Origin: Alphaproteobacteria bacterium
GTDB taxonomy: Bacteria > Pseudomonadota > Alphaproteobacteria > UBA8366
DNA: 64,000 bases
NCBI GenBank assembly: GCA_965228975.1
Contig: OZ245851.1
Location: 4,917,953 to 4,981,952, forward strand
Reading direction: 5' to 3'
In this document: positions 35,347 to 44,481 of the stretch, one piece after another
Numbering within the stretch: the stretch's first letter is position 1
Layout: every line of letters starts with the position of its first letter
Made by a program: the position numbers and the translations under genes
The notes under the pieces: generated by a model
The model's input: the letters and a program-made list of their open reading frames with translations, nothing else
Database searches by the model: none
Told to the model about the DNA's origin: nothing

Positions 35347-37728
35347 ATGGCAGCGCCCGATACGCACGACCACGCGCATACTCATCCGCACAGCCATCCG
35401 CACGATGCTGCGGTACCATGTTGCGGCGACGATGGTAGCGTGTCAGCCGAGGCATTCAACGCGGACGACTCCTGCGATCGCAGCCGTTATCGATACACGT
35501 TCAAAGTTCAGGGGCTCGATTGCGCCGAGGAGGTTGCGGCGCTGTGTCGCGCAGTCGGACCCGTCGTGGGCGGAGAGGATCGACTCGCATTTGACGTCCT
35601 GAACGGCCGCATGATGGTTCTCGAAGACGCCGAGCGGGTTTCAGCCGAAGAAGTCCGTAAGGCAGTGAGCAAAACCGGCATGTCCGCTGTAGAATGGCGG
35701 GCCGACGATGAAGAAAGCAAGCGGGCGAGCGAAAGGCACCAGCGGGCGCAATCCTGGTTCACGACGCTTAGCGGGATCTCGCTGTTCGCCGGGGTGGCCC
35801 TGCATGGCTGGCTTGCCGGTGGCTTCGCGGAAGCCCTGAGGCTCTTCGCCGGGCATGACGGGCAGGCGATGCCGCTGCCCGAGGTAGTCGCCTATGCGAT
35901 GGCCATCGGCTTCGGCGCGCGCTACGTGGTCGTGAAGGCCTGGTACGCGGCCCGGGGGCTGCGTCCGGACATCAACCTTCTCATGGTGATCGCGGTCGCG
36001 GGCGCGGTCGGGATCGGCGAGTGGTTCGAGGCGGCGACCATCTGTTTCCTGTTTGCTCTATCGCTGATGCTGGAAAGCTGGAGTGTGGGCCGGGCCCGTC
36101 GCGCCATCGCCCAGCTCCTTGACCTCGCGCCGCCGGTCGTACGCCTGAAGCTCGACACCGGCGAGGAGCGGGAGGTCCCGGCCGCTGAGGCGCCGGTCGG
36201 TTCCCGCTTCATTGTCAAGCCGGGGGAGAGGATCGCCCTCGATGGCCGGGTCGTCTCGGGCGCGAGCGCCGTCAACCAGGCGCCGATCACGGGGGAAAGC
36301 GTCCCGGTCGCGAAGGAGCCGGGCGCGGAGATCTTCGCCGGCACGATCAACGGCGAAGGGGCGCTTGAGGCCGAGAGCACCAAGGCCGCCGCGGACACGA
36401 CGCTCGCGCGCATCATTCGCCTCATCGAGGAGGCCCATGGTCGCCGCGCCCACGCCGAGCAGTGGGTCGAAAAATTCGCCCGCGTCTACACGCCTGCGGT
36501 CATCGTGCTGGCCATCGCCGTGTTTTTGCTGCCGCCGCTTCTGTTCGGCGGCGCGTGGGACGACTGGTTCTACCGCGCTCTCGTGCTGCTCGTGATCGCT
36601 TGCCCCTGCGCCCTGGTGATCTCCACCCCGGTCAGCATCGTCTCCGCCCTGGCGGCCTCCGCGCGCCAGGGGGTATTGGTCAAGGGCGGCACCTACATTG
36701 AGCAACCGGGCCACCTCAAGGCCATCGCCTTCGACAAGACCGGCACGTTGACGCGCGGAGAGCCGGCGGTGGTCGGTGTGATCCCGCTCAACGGCCACAC
36801 GGAGCGTGAGCTCCTGGAGCGGGCCGCCGCCCTCGAGGCGCGCAGCACGCACCCGCTGGCGCAGGCGATGCTTGATTATGCCGGGCAAATCGATGTTGAT
36901 GCGAAACCCGCTGAAGGCGCTCAGGTACTCCCTGGCAAGGGGGTCACTGGCCGATTCAGGGACGAGGAGTTCTGGCTAGGCTCGCACCGCTACCTTCTGG
37001 AACGCGGCCAGGAGACGACGGAGGTCAGCGAGCGGGCGGAGGCGCTTGAGCGCGATGGGCGCACGGTTGTGGTGATCGGCAACAAGACCCACGTCTGCGG
37101 GCTCATCGCCGTGGCCGACACGGTTCGGCCCGGCGCCCGAGGCGTGATCGAGGCCCTCAGGGAACGCGGGATCGCCCACCTGATCATGCTGACCGGAGAC
37201 AACCGCGCGACTGGCGAGGCGATCGCGCGCGAGGTTGGCATCGACGAGGTACAGGCCGAACTATTGCCCGAGGACAAGGTCGCCACCGTCGAAGCGCTGG
37301 TTGCCAAATACGGCACCGTCGCCATGGTGGGCGACGGCGTTAACGACGCCCCGGCGATGGCGCGGGCGAGCTTCGGCATCGCCATGGGCGCCATGGGCAG
37401 CGACGCGGCCATCGAAACCGCCGACATCGCACTCATGACCGACGATCTGGCCAAGCTGCCGTGGCTCGTCGGCCACTCCAGGCGGACACTCGCCATCATC
37501 CGCGAGAACATCGTCTTCTCGCTCGGCGTTAAGGTGGTCTTCGTCGTCCTGACCTTCGCCGGCTTCGCCACCCTGTGGGGCGCCATAGCGGCCGACGTCG
37601 GCGCCTCGCTTTTGGTTGTTGCCAATGCGCTGCGGCTGCTGCGGCAAGTGCCGACGGGAGAGGGGAGGCGACATCTGGAGGAGGCTGCGGAGGGTGCTGC
37701 GGCCGGACACGCCTCGCATGGGCATTGA
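35347..37728 (+). CDS. P1B-type heavy-metal ATPase, Zn/Cd/Pb-like
   Basis: Motifs TGES, CPC (ACPCALVISTP), DKTGTLT, GDGVNDAP, and a TM8 AADVGASLLVVANALR (Asp-type, unlike the Cu-type MxxSS). His-rich N-terminus HDHAHTHPHSHPHD. Confidence 0.85.
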   Translation: MAAPDTHDHAHTHPHSHPHDAAVPCCGDDGSVSAEAFNADDSCDRSRYRYTFKVQGLDCAEEVAALCRAVGPVVGGEDRLAFDVLNGRMMVLEDAERVSAEEVRKAVSKTGMSAVEWRADDEESKRASERHQRAQSWFTTLSGISLFAGVALHGWLAGGFAEALRLFAGHDGQAMPLPEVVAYAMAIGFGARYVVVKAWYAARGLRPDINLLMVIAVAGAVGIGEWFEAATICFLFALSLMLESWSVGRARRAIAQLLDLAPPVVRLKLDTGEEREVPAAEAPVGSRFIVKPGERIALDGRVVSGASAVNQAPITGESVPVAKEPGAEIFAGTINGEGALEAESTKAAADTTLARIIRLIEEAHGRRAHAEQWVEKFARVYTPAVIVLAIAVFLLPPLLFGGAWDDWFYRALVLLVIACPCALVISTPVSIVSALAASARQGVLVKGGTYIEQPGHLKAIAFDKTGTLTRGEPAVVGVIPLNGHTERELLERAAALEARSTHPLAQAMLDYAGQIDVDAKPAEGAQVLPGKGVTGRFRDEEFWLGSHRYLLERGQETTEVSERAEALERDGRTVVVIGNKTHVCGLIAVADTVRPGARGVIEALRERGIAHLIMLTGDNRATGEAIAREVGIDEVQAELLPEDKVATVEALVAKYGTVAMVGDGVNDAPAMARASFGIAMGAMGSDAAIETADIALMTDDLAKLPWLVGHSRRTLAIIRENIVFSLGVKVVFVVLTFAGFATLWGAIAADVGASLLVVANALRLLRQVPTGEGRRHLEEAAEGAAAGHASHGH

Positions 37729-37837
37729 TCGGCAACGACGCGCGGAGGTTCGCGGCAATGAGGTATCCGGGCAGGGTATGGTCGCCGTCGCCAATCGCCA
37801 TTCTTGTGCGGACAACAAAATCTGGCGGAAAAACGGT

Positions 37838-37939
37838 ATGGATGAGGAACGTAAAGCGCTGATGGTCTTCGGGATTATCGTTGTCTTTGCCGCGATCCTG
37901 ATCGCCACCGCCTTGGTCATGAACCTGATGGTTGGCTAG
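37838..37939 (+). CDS. 33-aa hydrophobic mini-protein, copy 1
   Basis: MDEERKALMVFGIIVVFAAILIATALVMNLMVG. Its C-terminus and the downstream junction are duplicated at 39235-39349. Confidence 0.45.
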   Translation: MDEERKALMVFGIIVVFAAILIATALVMNLMVG

Positions 37940-37949
37940 TGGAGCGACG

Positions 37950-38042
37950 ATGACCGGTACGAGTGCCATCAGAAAATTCGGTTGCGCCGGTCTGTCAGCA
38001 TTGACAGCGGATAGTGCATGGTCCGGGAGGCAAATAAGTTGA
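37950..38042 (+). pseudogene. 5' remnant of a second DsbD/ScsB-like gene
   Basis: MTGTSAIRKFGCAGLSAL... parallels the ScsB-like N-terminus MTGSNAIERLACAGLLAL. Homology is lost after about 17 codons and a stop follows at 38040. Confidence 0.6.
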
Positions 38043-38500
38043 GCGCGCAACAGGACAGCCAAGAGACCATCATGCTGAGGGGAGCACAAAGCACGTGGCA
38101 GTTACTATTCCTCTCATGGCTCATTGCGCTCATTTCAAGCCTCGGCGTGCTTTTCATTGGCGAGATAATGGGGCAAGAGCCCTGTGTCCTGTGCTGGTAT
38201 CAGCGCGCGTTTATGTTTCCGCTTGCCGTCATTCTTGGGGTCGCTTGTTATCTCTCTGATCCCGGCGTATGGCGCTACGCGCTGCCTGTGGCCAGCTTCG
38301 GATGGGCGTTCGCAACCTACCATACTCTGCTTGTCGCCGGCGTGATCCCGCAGACGATTGAGCCCTGCGGCGCAGGCCCTTCCTGCAGCAGCGCCGACAT
38401 GATGATCCTTGGTGGAATACCGATTCCCTTGCTCTCTCTGGGAGCGTTCAGCGCCATCATCATTTTGCTCCTGCTTATCCGAAAAGGATTCAATCCATGA
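38018..38500 (+). CDS. disulfide bond formation protein B (DsbB/BdbC type)
   Basis: PCVLCWYQRAFMFP motif, a second Cys pair CGAGPSC, 4 TM segments. Start may be at 38072. Confidence 0.8.
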   Translation: MVREANKLSAQQDSQETIMLRGAQSTWQLLFLSWLIALISSLGVLFIGEIMGQEPCVLCWYQRAFMFPLAVILGVACYLSDPGVWRYALPVASFGWAFATYHTLLVAGVIPQTIEPCGAGPSCSSADMMILGGIPIPLLSLGAFSAIIILLLLIRKGFNP

Positions 38501-39156
38501 ACAGACGTGCACTTGTAGCCGTGACGGCTGTTCTTGCTGTCTTGGGCTTCGCGCTTGCGACCGCTTTTTTTGATCGTGGTATCGAGAAGAAGACGGCCAC
38601 AGCCACACAGACAATTCAGGACGACGTACTCGTCCGGGCATATTCCCCGGTTATTGGACCGAAGAATGCTCCAGTGACGATTGTCGAGTTTTTCGATCCC
38701 TCATGCGAGGCCTGCCGCGCCTTCCACCCATTCGTGAAGCAAATCAGAACTGAATTCCCGAATACAGTACGAGTCGTTCTGCGGTACACGACCTTCCACA
38801 AAGGTTCAGATGAGGCCGTTCGCATCCTAGAAACCGCGCGACTGCAGGGAGTTTTCGAACCCGTGCTGGAGGGATTGTTGGAGGCCCAACCGAAATGGGC
38901 GACTCATGGAGAACCCAACTTAGAGATAGCCTGGAATGCCGCCGGTGCGGCCGGCCTCGATGTCGAGCGGGCTCGGCGCGAGATGCTGATGCCGGATATC
39001 ACCGCAATCCTGAACCAGGACATGGCCGATGTTCGAGCAGTAGGAGTGGAAAGGACGCCAACGTTTTTCGTGAATGGCAAACCCTTGCCGACCTTTGGTC
39101 CCGAACAGCTTTATAGGCTTGTTCTCGAAGAGGTCGCGATCGCACGGAAAAACTAA
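38497..39156 (+). CDS. DsbA-family thiol:disulfide oxidoreductase
   Basis: VTIVEFFDPSCEACRAFHP thioredoxin-fold CxxC. N-terminal anchor or signal. ATGA overlap with the dsbB-like gene. Confidence 0.85.
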   Translation: MNRRALVAVTAVLAVLGFALATAFFDRGIEKKTATATQTIQDDVLVRAYSPVIGPKNAPVTIVEFFDPSCEACRAFHPFVKQIRTEFPNTVRVVLRYTTFHKGSDEAVRILETARLQGVFEPVLEGLLEAQPKWATHGEPNLEIAWNAAGAAGLDVERARREMLMPDITAILNQDMADVRAVGVERTPTFFVNGKPLPTFGPEQLYRLVLEEVAIARKN

Positions 39157-39234
39157 ACATGCAGAGGCCGAGCCTCTAATTAGGGATATTGGTCCAGCGC
39201 AATGACCCTCGAGAAAGATCAAAAATGAAGCAAC

Positions 39235-39336
39235 ATGGCTGATGGGACAAAAACACTGTTGAGTTTAGGGAGTAATGCCGCCCTAGAAGCGGTTTTGATC
39301 GCCACCGTCTTGGCCATGAACGCGATGGTCGGTTAG
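39235..39336 (+). CDS. 33-aa hydrophobic mini-protein, copy 2
   Basis: MADGTKTLLSLGSNAALEAVLIATVLAMNAMVG. The stop is followed 10 nt later by the ScsB-like ATG, the same spacing as in copy 1. Confidence 0.45.
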   Translation: MADGTKTLLSLGSNAALEAVLIATVLAMNAMVG

Positions 39337-39346
39337 TGGAGCGTAG

Positions 39347-41512
39347 ATGACGGGTTCGAACGCTATAGAACGTCTCGCTTGCGCTGGGCTGCTCGCGTTG
39401 GCCGTAGTCGGCGCCTCGTCGGGGTCGGCGGGAGCTCAGTCGGCGTCGTCCTGGGCCGAGACCGATTACACGGCCGTCCGACTGGTCTCGGCATCGGATA
39501 CGGTGGGATCCTCAAAGACAATCGGCCTCGGCCTGCACTTCCGCATGAAGGACGGCTGGAAAGTATACTGGCGGTCGGCGGGCGACGCCGGCTACCCGCC
39601 GAGGCTGGACTGGTCGGGTTCCGACAACATCGACGGCGTGACGATCTCCTGGCCCGCGCCGGAGCGATTTCAGATTCTGGGGTTCAATACGCTCGGCTAT
39701 CGGGACGAGGTCGTGCTGCCGCTCACGGCAAGCCTGAAGCGCGAGGGGGGCCGGACGGTCGCGAGGGTCGGCGTCGACTACCTGACGTGCAAAGAGATTT
39801 GCATCCCGATCCAGGAAAATCTGGAGGTTACGCTGGCGGCGGGCCCGGCGTCTTCGAGCCCGGAAGCGCATCTGATCAGTCGATTCCTCGCAAAGGTGCC
39901 GGCACCGGGTGCAGGCGTCGGGCTGACGCTGGAAAGCGTGAGGATGTTCGGTCCGGTCGCGTCGAACCCGGACGAGGCGGTGTTGCGCGTCTCGGTCGCC
40001 TCCGCCGAGCCTCTGAAAGGTCCGGACGTTTTCGTCGAGGGACCGGAAGGCACTGTCTTCTCCGAACCCTCGGTGCAAGTCGAAGGCGGCGGCCGCAAGG
40101 CGATTCTTGACGTGCCGGTCTCGGGCTTGAGGTTCGCGAAACGCGAGCTAACGGATTCGCCGCTGACCCTCACCTTCGTCGCACCTCCGCTCGCGGCCGA
40201 ATTCCGCGCCGTCCCCGCCGCCAGCGGTGCCGACATCCCGCCCAGCATCACCCGGGCTCTCGAAGCCAATTCTGGGAAACCTTCTATCTGGGCCGTGATT
40301 GGGTTGGCTGTCTTGGGTGGCTTGATCCTCAACCTGATGCCCTGCGTGCTTCCCGTCTTGTCCATCAAGTTGCTAGGTGCCGTTGGTCACGGCGGGCGGG
40401 AGAGCGGGCCGGTGCGGCTCAGCTTCCTCGCCTCCGCGGCGGGCATCCAGGCGTCGTTCCTTGTGTTGGCCGGCGCGCTGATCGGCGTGAAGGCCGCCGG
40501 CGCCACGGTTGGTTGGGGAATTCAGTTCCAATCGCCCTGGTTCCTTGTCGCCATGACGATCCTGGTGACGCTGTTCGCCTGCAATCTCTGGGGTTTCTTC
40601 GACGTGCGCCTTCCGCGATGGGCAATGGACACAAGCGCAAGTATGTCGGAGAAACGGACCGGCCTGACCGGGAACTTCCTGACCGGCGCCTTCGCGACCC
40701 TATTGGCCACGCCCTGTTCGGCGCCTTTCCTCGGCACGGCGGTGGGGTTCGCCCTGGCGCGGGGGCCGGTGGAGATACTCGTGATCTTCTCGGCGCTCGG
40801 CGTCGGACTGGCGGCGCCTTATCTGATGGTCGCGGCGTTCCCGCGGCTCGTTACCAAGCTGCCCAGGCCGGGGCGTTGGATGATCGTCCTGAGGCGCGTG
40901 CTCGGCTTCGCACTGGCCGGGACCGGGATATGGTTCCTGACCGTTCTTGCCGCCGAGATCGGGTGGATAACCACGGCGCTGGTGGGCGGGATCACCATGG
41001 CCATTGGCGCGGTTCTCTACCTCCTGTCGCGCGGCTCGCCGAAGCCGAGAGCCGCCTTGGCAAGTGTATCGCTTCTCGCGCTCCTGGCGTTGCTGACGCC
41101 GCAGTTGTCGATACAAGCCGCGCCGCGGGCGGCCGATAGTGGCGCGCAAGAGATGTTGGAGGGTCTGTGGCGTCCGTTCGACGAGAAGACAATCCCAACG
41201 CTGGTCGCGCAAGGCAAGACTGTCTTCGTGGATGTGACCGCGGAATGGTGCATCACCTGCAAGGCGAACAAGAGCTTGGTCCTGTCCGATTCATCGATTG
41301 TCGAGCGCCTGAAGGAGGAGAACGTCATCGCCATGCAGGCGGACTGGACACTGCCTGACGACCGAATCGCCGCCTACCTGGCCCGTAACGGGCGCTATGG
41401 CATCCCTTTCAATGCGGTCTACGGCCCTGGTGCGCCGAGAGGCGTGACGCTTCCCGAAATCTTGTCGAAAAGCGGCGTGCTCGCGGCGCTTGACGACGCG
41501 CAGACAAGATAG
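39347..41512 (+). CDS. DsbD/ScsB-like thiol:disulfide interchange protein
   Basis: Large N-terminal periplasmic domain, TM core with LNLMPCVLPVLSIK and ATPCSAPFLG, and a C-terminal thioredoxin domain AEWCITCKANK. Confidence 0.85.
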   Translation: MTGSNAIERLACAGLLALAVVGASSGSAGAQSASSWAETDYTAVRLVSASDTVGSSKTIGLGLHFRMKDGWKVYWRSAGDAGYPPRLDWSGSDNIDGVTISWPAPERFQILGFNTLGYRDEVVLPLTASLKREGGRTVARVGVDYLTCKEICIPIQENLEVTLAAGPASSSPEAHLISRFLAKVPAPGAGVGLTLESVRMFGPVASNPDEAVLRVSVASAEPLKGPDVFVEGPEGTVFSEPSVQVEGGGRKAILDVPVSGLRFAKRELTDSPLTLTFVAPPLAAEFRAVPAASGADIPPSITRALEANSGKPSIWAVIGLAVLGGLILNLMPCVLPVLSIKLLGAVGHGGRESGPVRLSFLASAAGIQASFLVLAGALIGVKAAGATVGWGIQFQSPWFLVAMTILVTLFACNLWGFFDVRLPRWAMDTSASMSEKRTGLTGNFLTGAFATLLATPCSAPFLGTAVGFALARGPVEILVIFSALGVGLAAPYLMVAAFPRLVTKLPRPGRWMIVLRRVLGFALAGTGIWFLTVLAAEIGWITTALVGGITMAIGAVLYLLSRGSPKPRAALASVSLLALLALLTPQLSIQAAPRAADSGAQEMLEGLWRPFDEKTIPTLVAQGKTVFVDVTAEWCITCKANKSLVLSDSSIVERLKEENVIAMQADWTLPDDRIAAYLARNGRYGIPFNAVYGPGAPRGVTLPEILSKSGVLAALDDAQTR

Positions 41513-41650
41513 GAGCCGGATCGTGGATTCGCATGCTGTTCAGCAACAAACCAAGAGCGACGCCACACTGACCGGCCTCGGCCACACTGTCATGTCCGTT
41601 CGCCGGTGAACAACGTATCAACCCATTGACTGCTGGAACGGAGTACTGAA

Positions 41651-42127
41651 ATGACGAAGCAAAAGTTTCACCGGAAAAAGCAGAGCGTCAGACCGCTCGT
41701 GCTGTCCGTCGCCCTTGCTGCCGGCATCGTCGGGACGTCGCTTTCCGCGCCGGCTTATGCCGCCGAGATCACCGTTTACAAATCACCCTGGTGTGGTTGT
41801 TGCTCCAAGTGGGTCGATCGTCTGCAAGCCAAAGGCCACACCGTTACGACCAAGAACATGGAAAACCTCGACGCGATCAAGAAGTTGGCCGGGGTCCCTG
41901 AAGACTTGCAGTCCTGCCACACGGCGATGGTGGACGGCTATGTCGTCGAGGGCCATGTGCCGGCCAAGGACATCGAACGGCTGCTCGGAGAGCGGCCAAA
42001 GGCGAAAGGGCTCGCCGTTCCAGGCATGCCGGTCGGATCGCCCGGCATGGAGGGCGGCGCGCCCGAGCGCTTCGATGTGATGTTGTTTAGCACCGATGGT
42101 TCGACAAGTGTCTACGCCAGATACTGA
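41651..42127 (+). CDS. DUF411 (CopG-like) periplasmic metal-binding protein
   Basis: VYKSPWCGCCSKWVDRL...CHTAMVDGYVVEGHVPA...PGMPVGSPGME is the DUF411 signature as I recall it. Signal peptide present. Confidence 0.8.
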   Translation: MTKQKFHRKKQSVRPLVLSVALAAGIVGTSLSAPAYAAEITVYKSPWCGCCSKWVDRLQAKGHTVTTKNMENLDAIKKLAGVPEDLQSCHTAMVDGYVVEGHVPAKDIERLLGERPKAKGLAVPGMPVGSPGMEGGAPERFDVMLFSTDGSTSVYARY

Positions 42128-42173
42128 CAATGGCGCCCGGGTCGAAGGCAGCAATCCGTCGGAGAGCGAGCCG

Positions 42174-42800
42174 ATGAGCCGGAGCGTCTCCAGGCTGCGA
42201 GCCGTTCGCTACATCCTCTGGGGAATAATTCTTCTCGCCGGACTTGGATTCGGCGGCTATGAGCTGTGGCATCGGACCTGGCCCGCGCCCATGACGGCGG
42301 AAAAGGAGATTGGACGGGCGTCTATTAGCAGCAATTTTTCGCTCGTCGATCACACGGGCAAGGCGGTGACCGACGAAGACTTCCGGGGCAAATGGCTGCT
42401 CGTTTTCTTTGGCTATACGTACTGCCCGGACGTCTGTCCGACGACGCTAAACGAAATCGCAGAGGTGATGGAGCAGCTTGGCGAGAAGGCCGACAAGGTG
42501 CAACCACTGTTCATCACCATCGATCCCGAACGAGACAAAACCGAGCGCATGGCCGAGTACGTGTCGGCGTTTGATCCCCGTATCGTTGGGCTGACCGGAA
42601 CGCCCGAGCAAGTCAAAGCGGCCGCCCGATCCTTTCAAGTCTACTACGCGAAGTCCATGGGTGCGGGAACCTCCGACGGTTACCTGATGGATCACACGAC
42701 CGCCCTATACCTCATGCAGCCCGACGGCGAGTTCGAGGCGTTCTTCTCGTTTAACGATGACGTGGGGGAGATCGTCTCGGGCGTCCGGCAACGCTTGTGA
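42174..42800 (+). CDS. SCO1/SenC-family copper chaperone (copy 1)
   Basis: GKWLLVFFGYTYCPDVCPTTL CxxxC motif and a conserved His in MDHTTALYL. N-terminal anchor. Confidence 0.85.
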   Translation: MSRSVSRLRAVRYILWGIILLAGLGFGGYELWHRTWPAPMTAEKEIGRASISSNFSLVDHTGKAVTDEDFRGKWLLVFFGYTYCPDVCPTTLNEIAEVMEQLGEKADKVQPLFITIDPERDKTERMAEYVSAFDPRIVGLTGTPEQVKAAARSFQVYYAKSMGAGTSDGYLMDHTTALYLMQPDGEFEAFFSFNDDVGEIVSGVRQRL

Positions 42801-42851
42801 TCCACAAACATCGAAGACAGGAACGTGCGGAGAATACGGTGATGAACGGTG

Positions 42852-43178
42852 ATGAAGTGTCCTACCTGAGAGATCGATCTTGTGATGGCGGAGCGACAGA
42901 GAATCGAGATCGACTACTGCTCGAAATGCCGGGGCGTCTGGCTGGATCAAGGCGAGCTCGACAAGACCATAGAACGCACCAATGCGGAGTTGCAGACGGC
43001 CACGCCGGCTCGGCAAGACGGCATTCGGCAGGACTACGGCACCCGCGGCAAGCACGGCGACGGGAAACACGGTTATGGCAAATCCCGACGAAGGTCTGTC
43101 TCTTACGAACATTTCGACATCTTCGACCGATGGTGCGGTGATGGCGCGAATATCACTTTGCTTGCTTGGTCGGCGTGA
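42852..43178 (+). pseudogene. zinc-ribbon (zf-TFIIB-like) protein with in-frame TGA at the second Cys position of the first CxxC
   Basis: ATG AAG TGT CCT ACC TGA GAG... reads MKCPT*EIDLVMAERQRIEIDYCSKCRGVWLDQGELDK. The TGA at 42867-42869 sits where CPxC would need a Cys codon. Confidence 0.55.
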
Positions 43179-43212
43179 CGTGGAGCTGAAAGCGGCTCCA
43201 GCGGTGTTGGGC

Positions 43213-43698
43213 ATGTGCCTTTCGCGGCGAATGCTTCTCCCTTTTTTGCTGCTGGGCCTGGCGCTACTGGCTCCTTTCGCGGTTTCGTCGGTTGCGTTGG
43301 CCGAGGATCCCCGGATCGGGAGTCTTGTCATCGCGAAGCCCTGGGCGCGGGCTTCGATCGGGACGAGCCGCCCGGCCGCCGCCTACCTCACAATCCGGAA
43401 CGAGGGCGAGGAGAGCGTTACTCTGCTGGCGGTGCGTACGCCCCTGTCCGGCAAGGCCGAGGTTCATGCCATGACGAACGACAACGGCGTCATGCGCATG
43501 GGGCCGGCCGGTCCGGTCGAGATACCGGCCGGCGCTGAGGTTTCACTGGCACCGGGCGGACTTCACATCATGATGATGAAACTTCAAGCGCCGCTCATCA
43601 AAGGCGAAAGCATCGAGATCACGCTCGAGTTTCAACGCACTGGTGAGATCACGGTCACCGCGCCGATCTACGGACCCGGCGCTGCGCGACCCGAATGA
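43213..43698 (+). CDS. PCu(A)C copper chaperone (DUF461)
   Basis: Signal peptide, then AAAYLTIRNEG...VHAMTNDNGVMRM...GGLHIMMM (the H(M)..M..HxM copper site). Confidence 0.85.
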   Translation: MCLSRRMLLPFLLLGLALLAPFAVSSVALAEDPRIGSLVIAKPWARASIGTSRPAAAYLTIRNEGEESVTLLAVRTPLSGKAEVHAMTNDNGVMRMGPAGPVEIPAGAEVSLAPGGLHIMMMKLQAPLIKGESIEITLEFQRTGEITVTAPIYGPGAARPE

Positions 43699-44330
43699 CC
43701 CTCCTTCCGCACATGCTTCCTAGAGCTGGTTTATTTGCGCTTGCTACCGTCCTTGGCCTGGCGGCCGCGATTGGACTCGGTTGGTGGCAAGTGGATGGGC
43801 CGGGCGCGGAGGGAGGAGCAGGCACGACCGCGGCGACACCGTCGCCGATCGAGGACATGTCCTTCAGTATGGTCGATCACGAGGGGGTATCGGTAGGATC
43901 GGAGGACCTGCTCGGCCGCACCAGCATGGTGTTCTTCGGATTCACCTTCTGCCCCGACGTCTGTCCGACGACTCTTGCCGATATCTCGGGATGGCTCGAC
44001 GATTTGGGGCCCGACTCCGGACAACTGAATGTCGTCTTCATCTCGATCGATCCCGAGCGCGATACGCCGGAGGCGATGGCAGATTACGTTACCGCTTTCC
44101 ATCCGCAGATCCGCGGGTGGACCGGTTCGCCAGAAGACGTGGCGCGAACGGCGGCCGCGTTCCGCGTGACATACAAGAAGGTGCCGCTCGATGACGGTGA
44201 CTACACGATGGATCATAACGCCTCGGTAATGCTGTTCGATGCAACCGGAAGATTTCGGAGCACGATTGACTATCACGAGCCTCGCGAAGTCGCAGTGCCG
44301 AAGATCAGGCTTGCTCTCGGAGATCGCTAG
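43695..44330 (+). CDS. SCO1/SenC-family copper chaperone (copy 2)
   Basis: MVFFGFTFCPDVCPTTL and MDHNASVML. ATGA overlap with the PCuAC gene. Confidence 0.85.
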   Translation: MTLLPHMLPRAGLFALATVLGLAAAIGLGWWQVDGPGAEGGAGTTAATPSPIEDMSFSMVDHEGVSVGSEDLLGRTSMVFFGFTFCPDVCPTTLADISGWLDDLGPDSGQLNVVFISIDPERDTPEAMADYVTAFHPQIRGWTGSPEDVARTAAAFRVTYKKVPLDDGDYTMDHNASVMLFDATGRFRSTIDYHEPREVAVPKIRLALGDR

Positions 44331-44481
44331 GCGATGGGCTTTCGAGTCGTCGGTCTGCGCGACTTTGGTCGCCAAGGATGTTCGGTGGCTTATCACCGGA
44401 TCTGATTGTTATGAACAGAGAACACCATTGAGCGGTAACCCCGACAACAGCAAAGTTAAGTAGATAGCGAGAAAGAATCCT

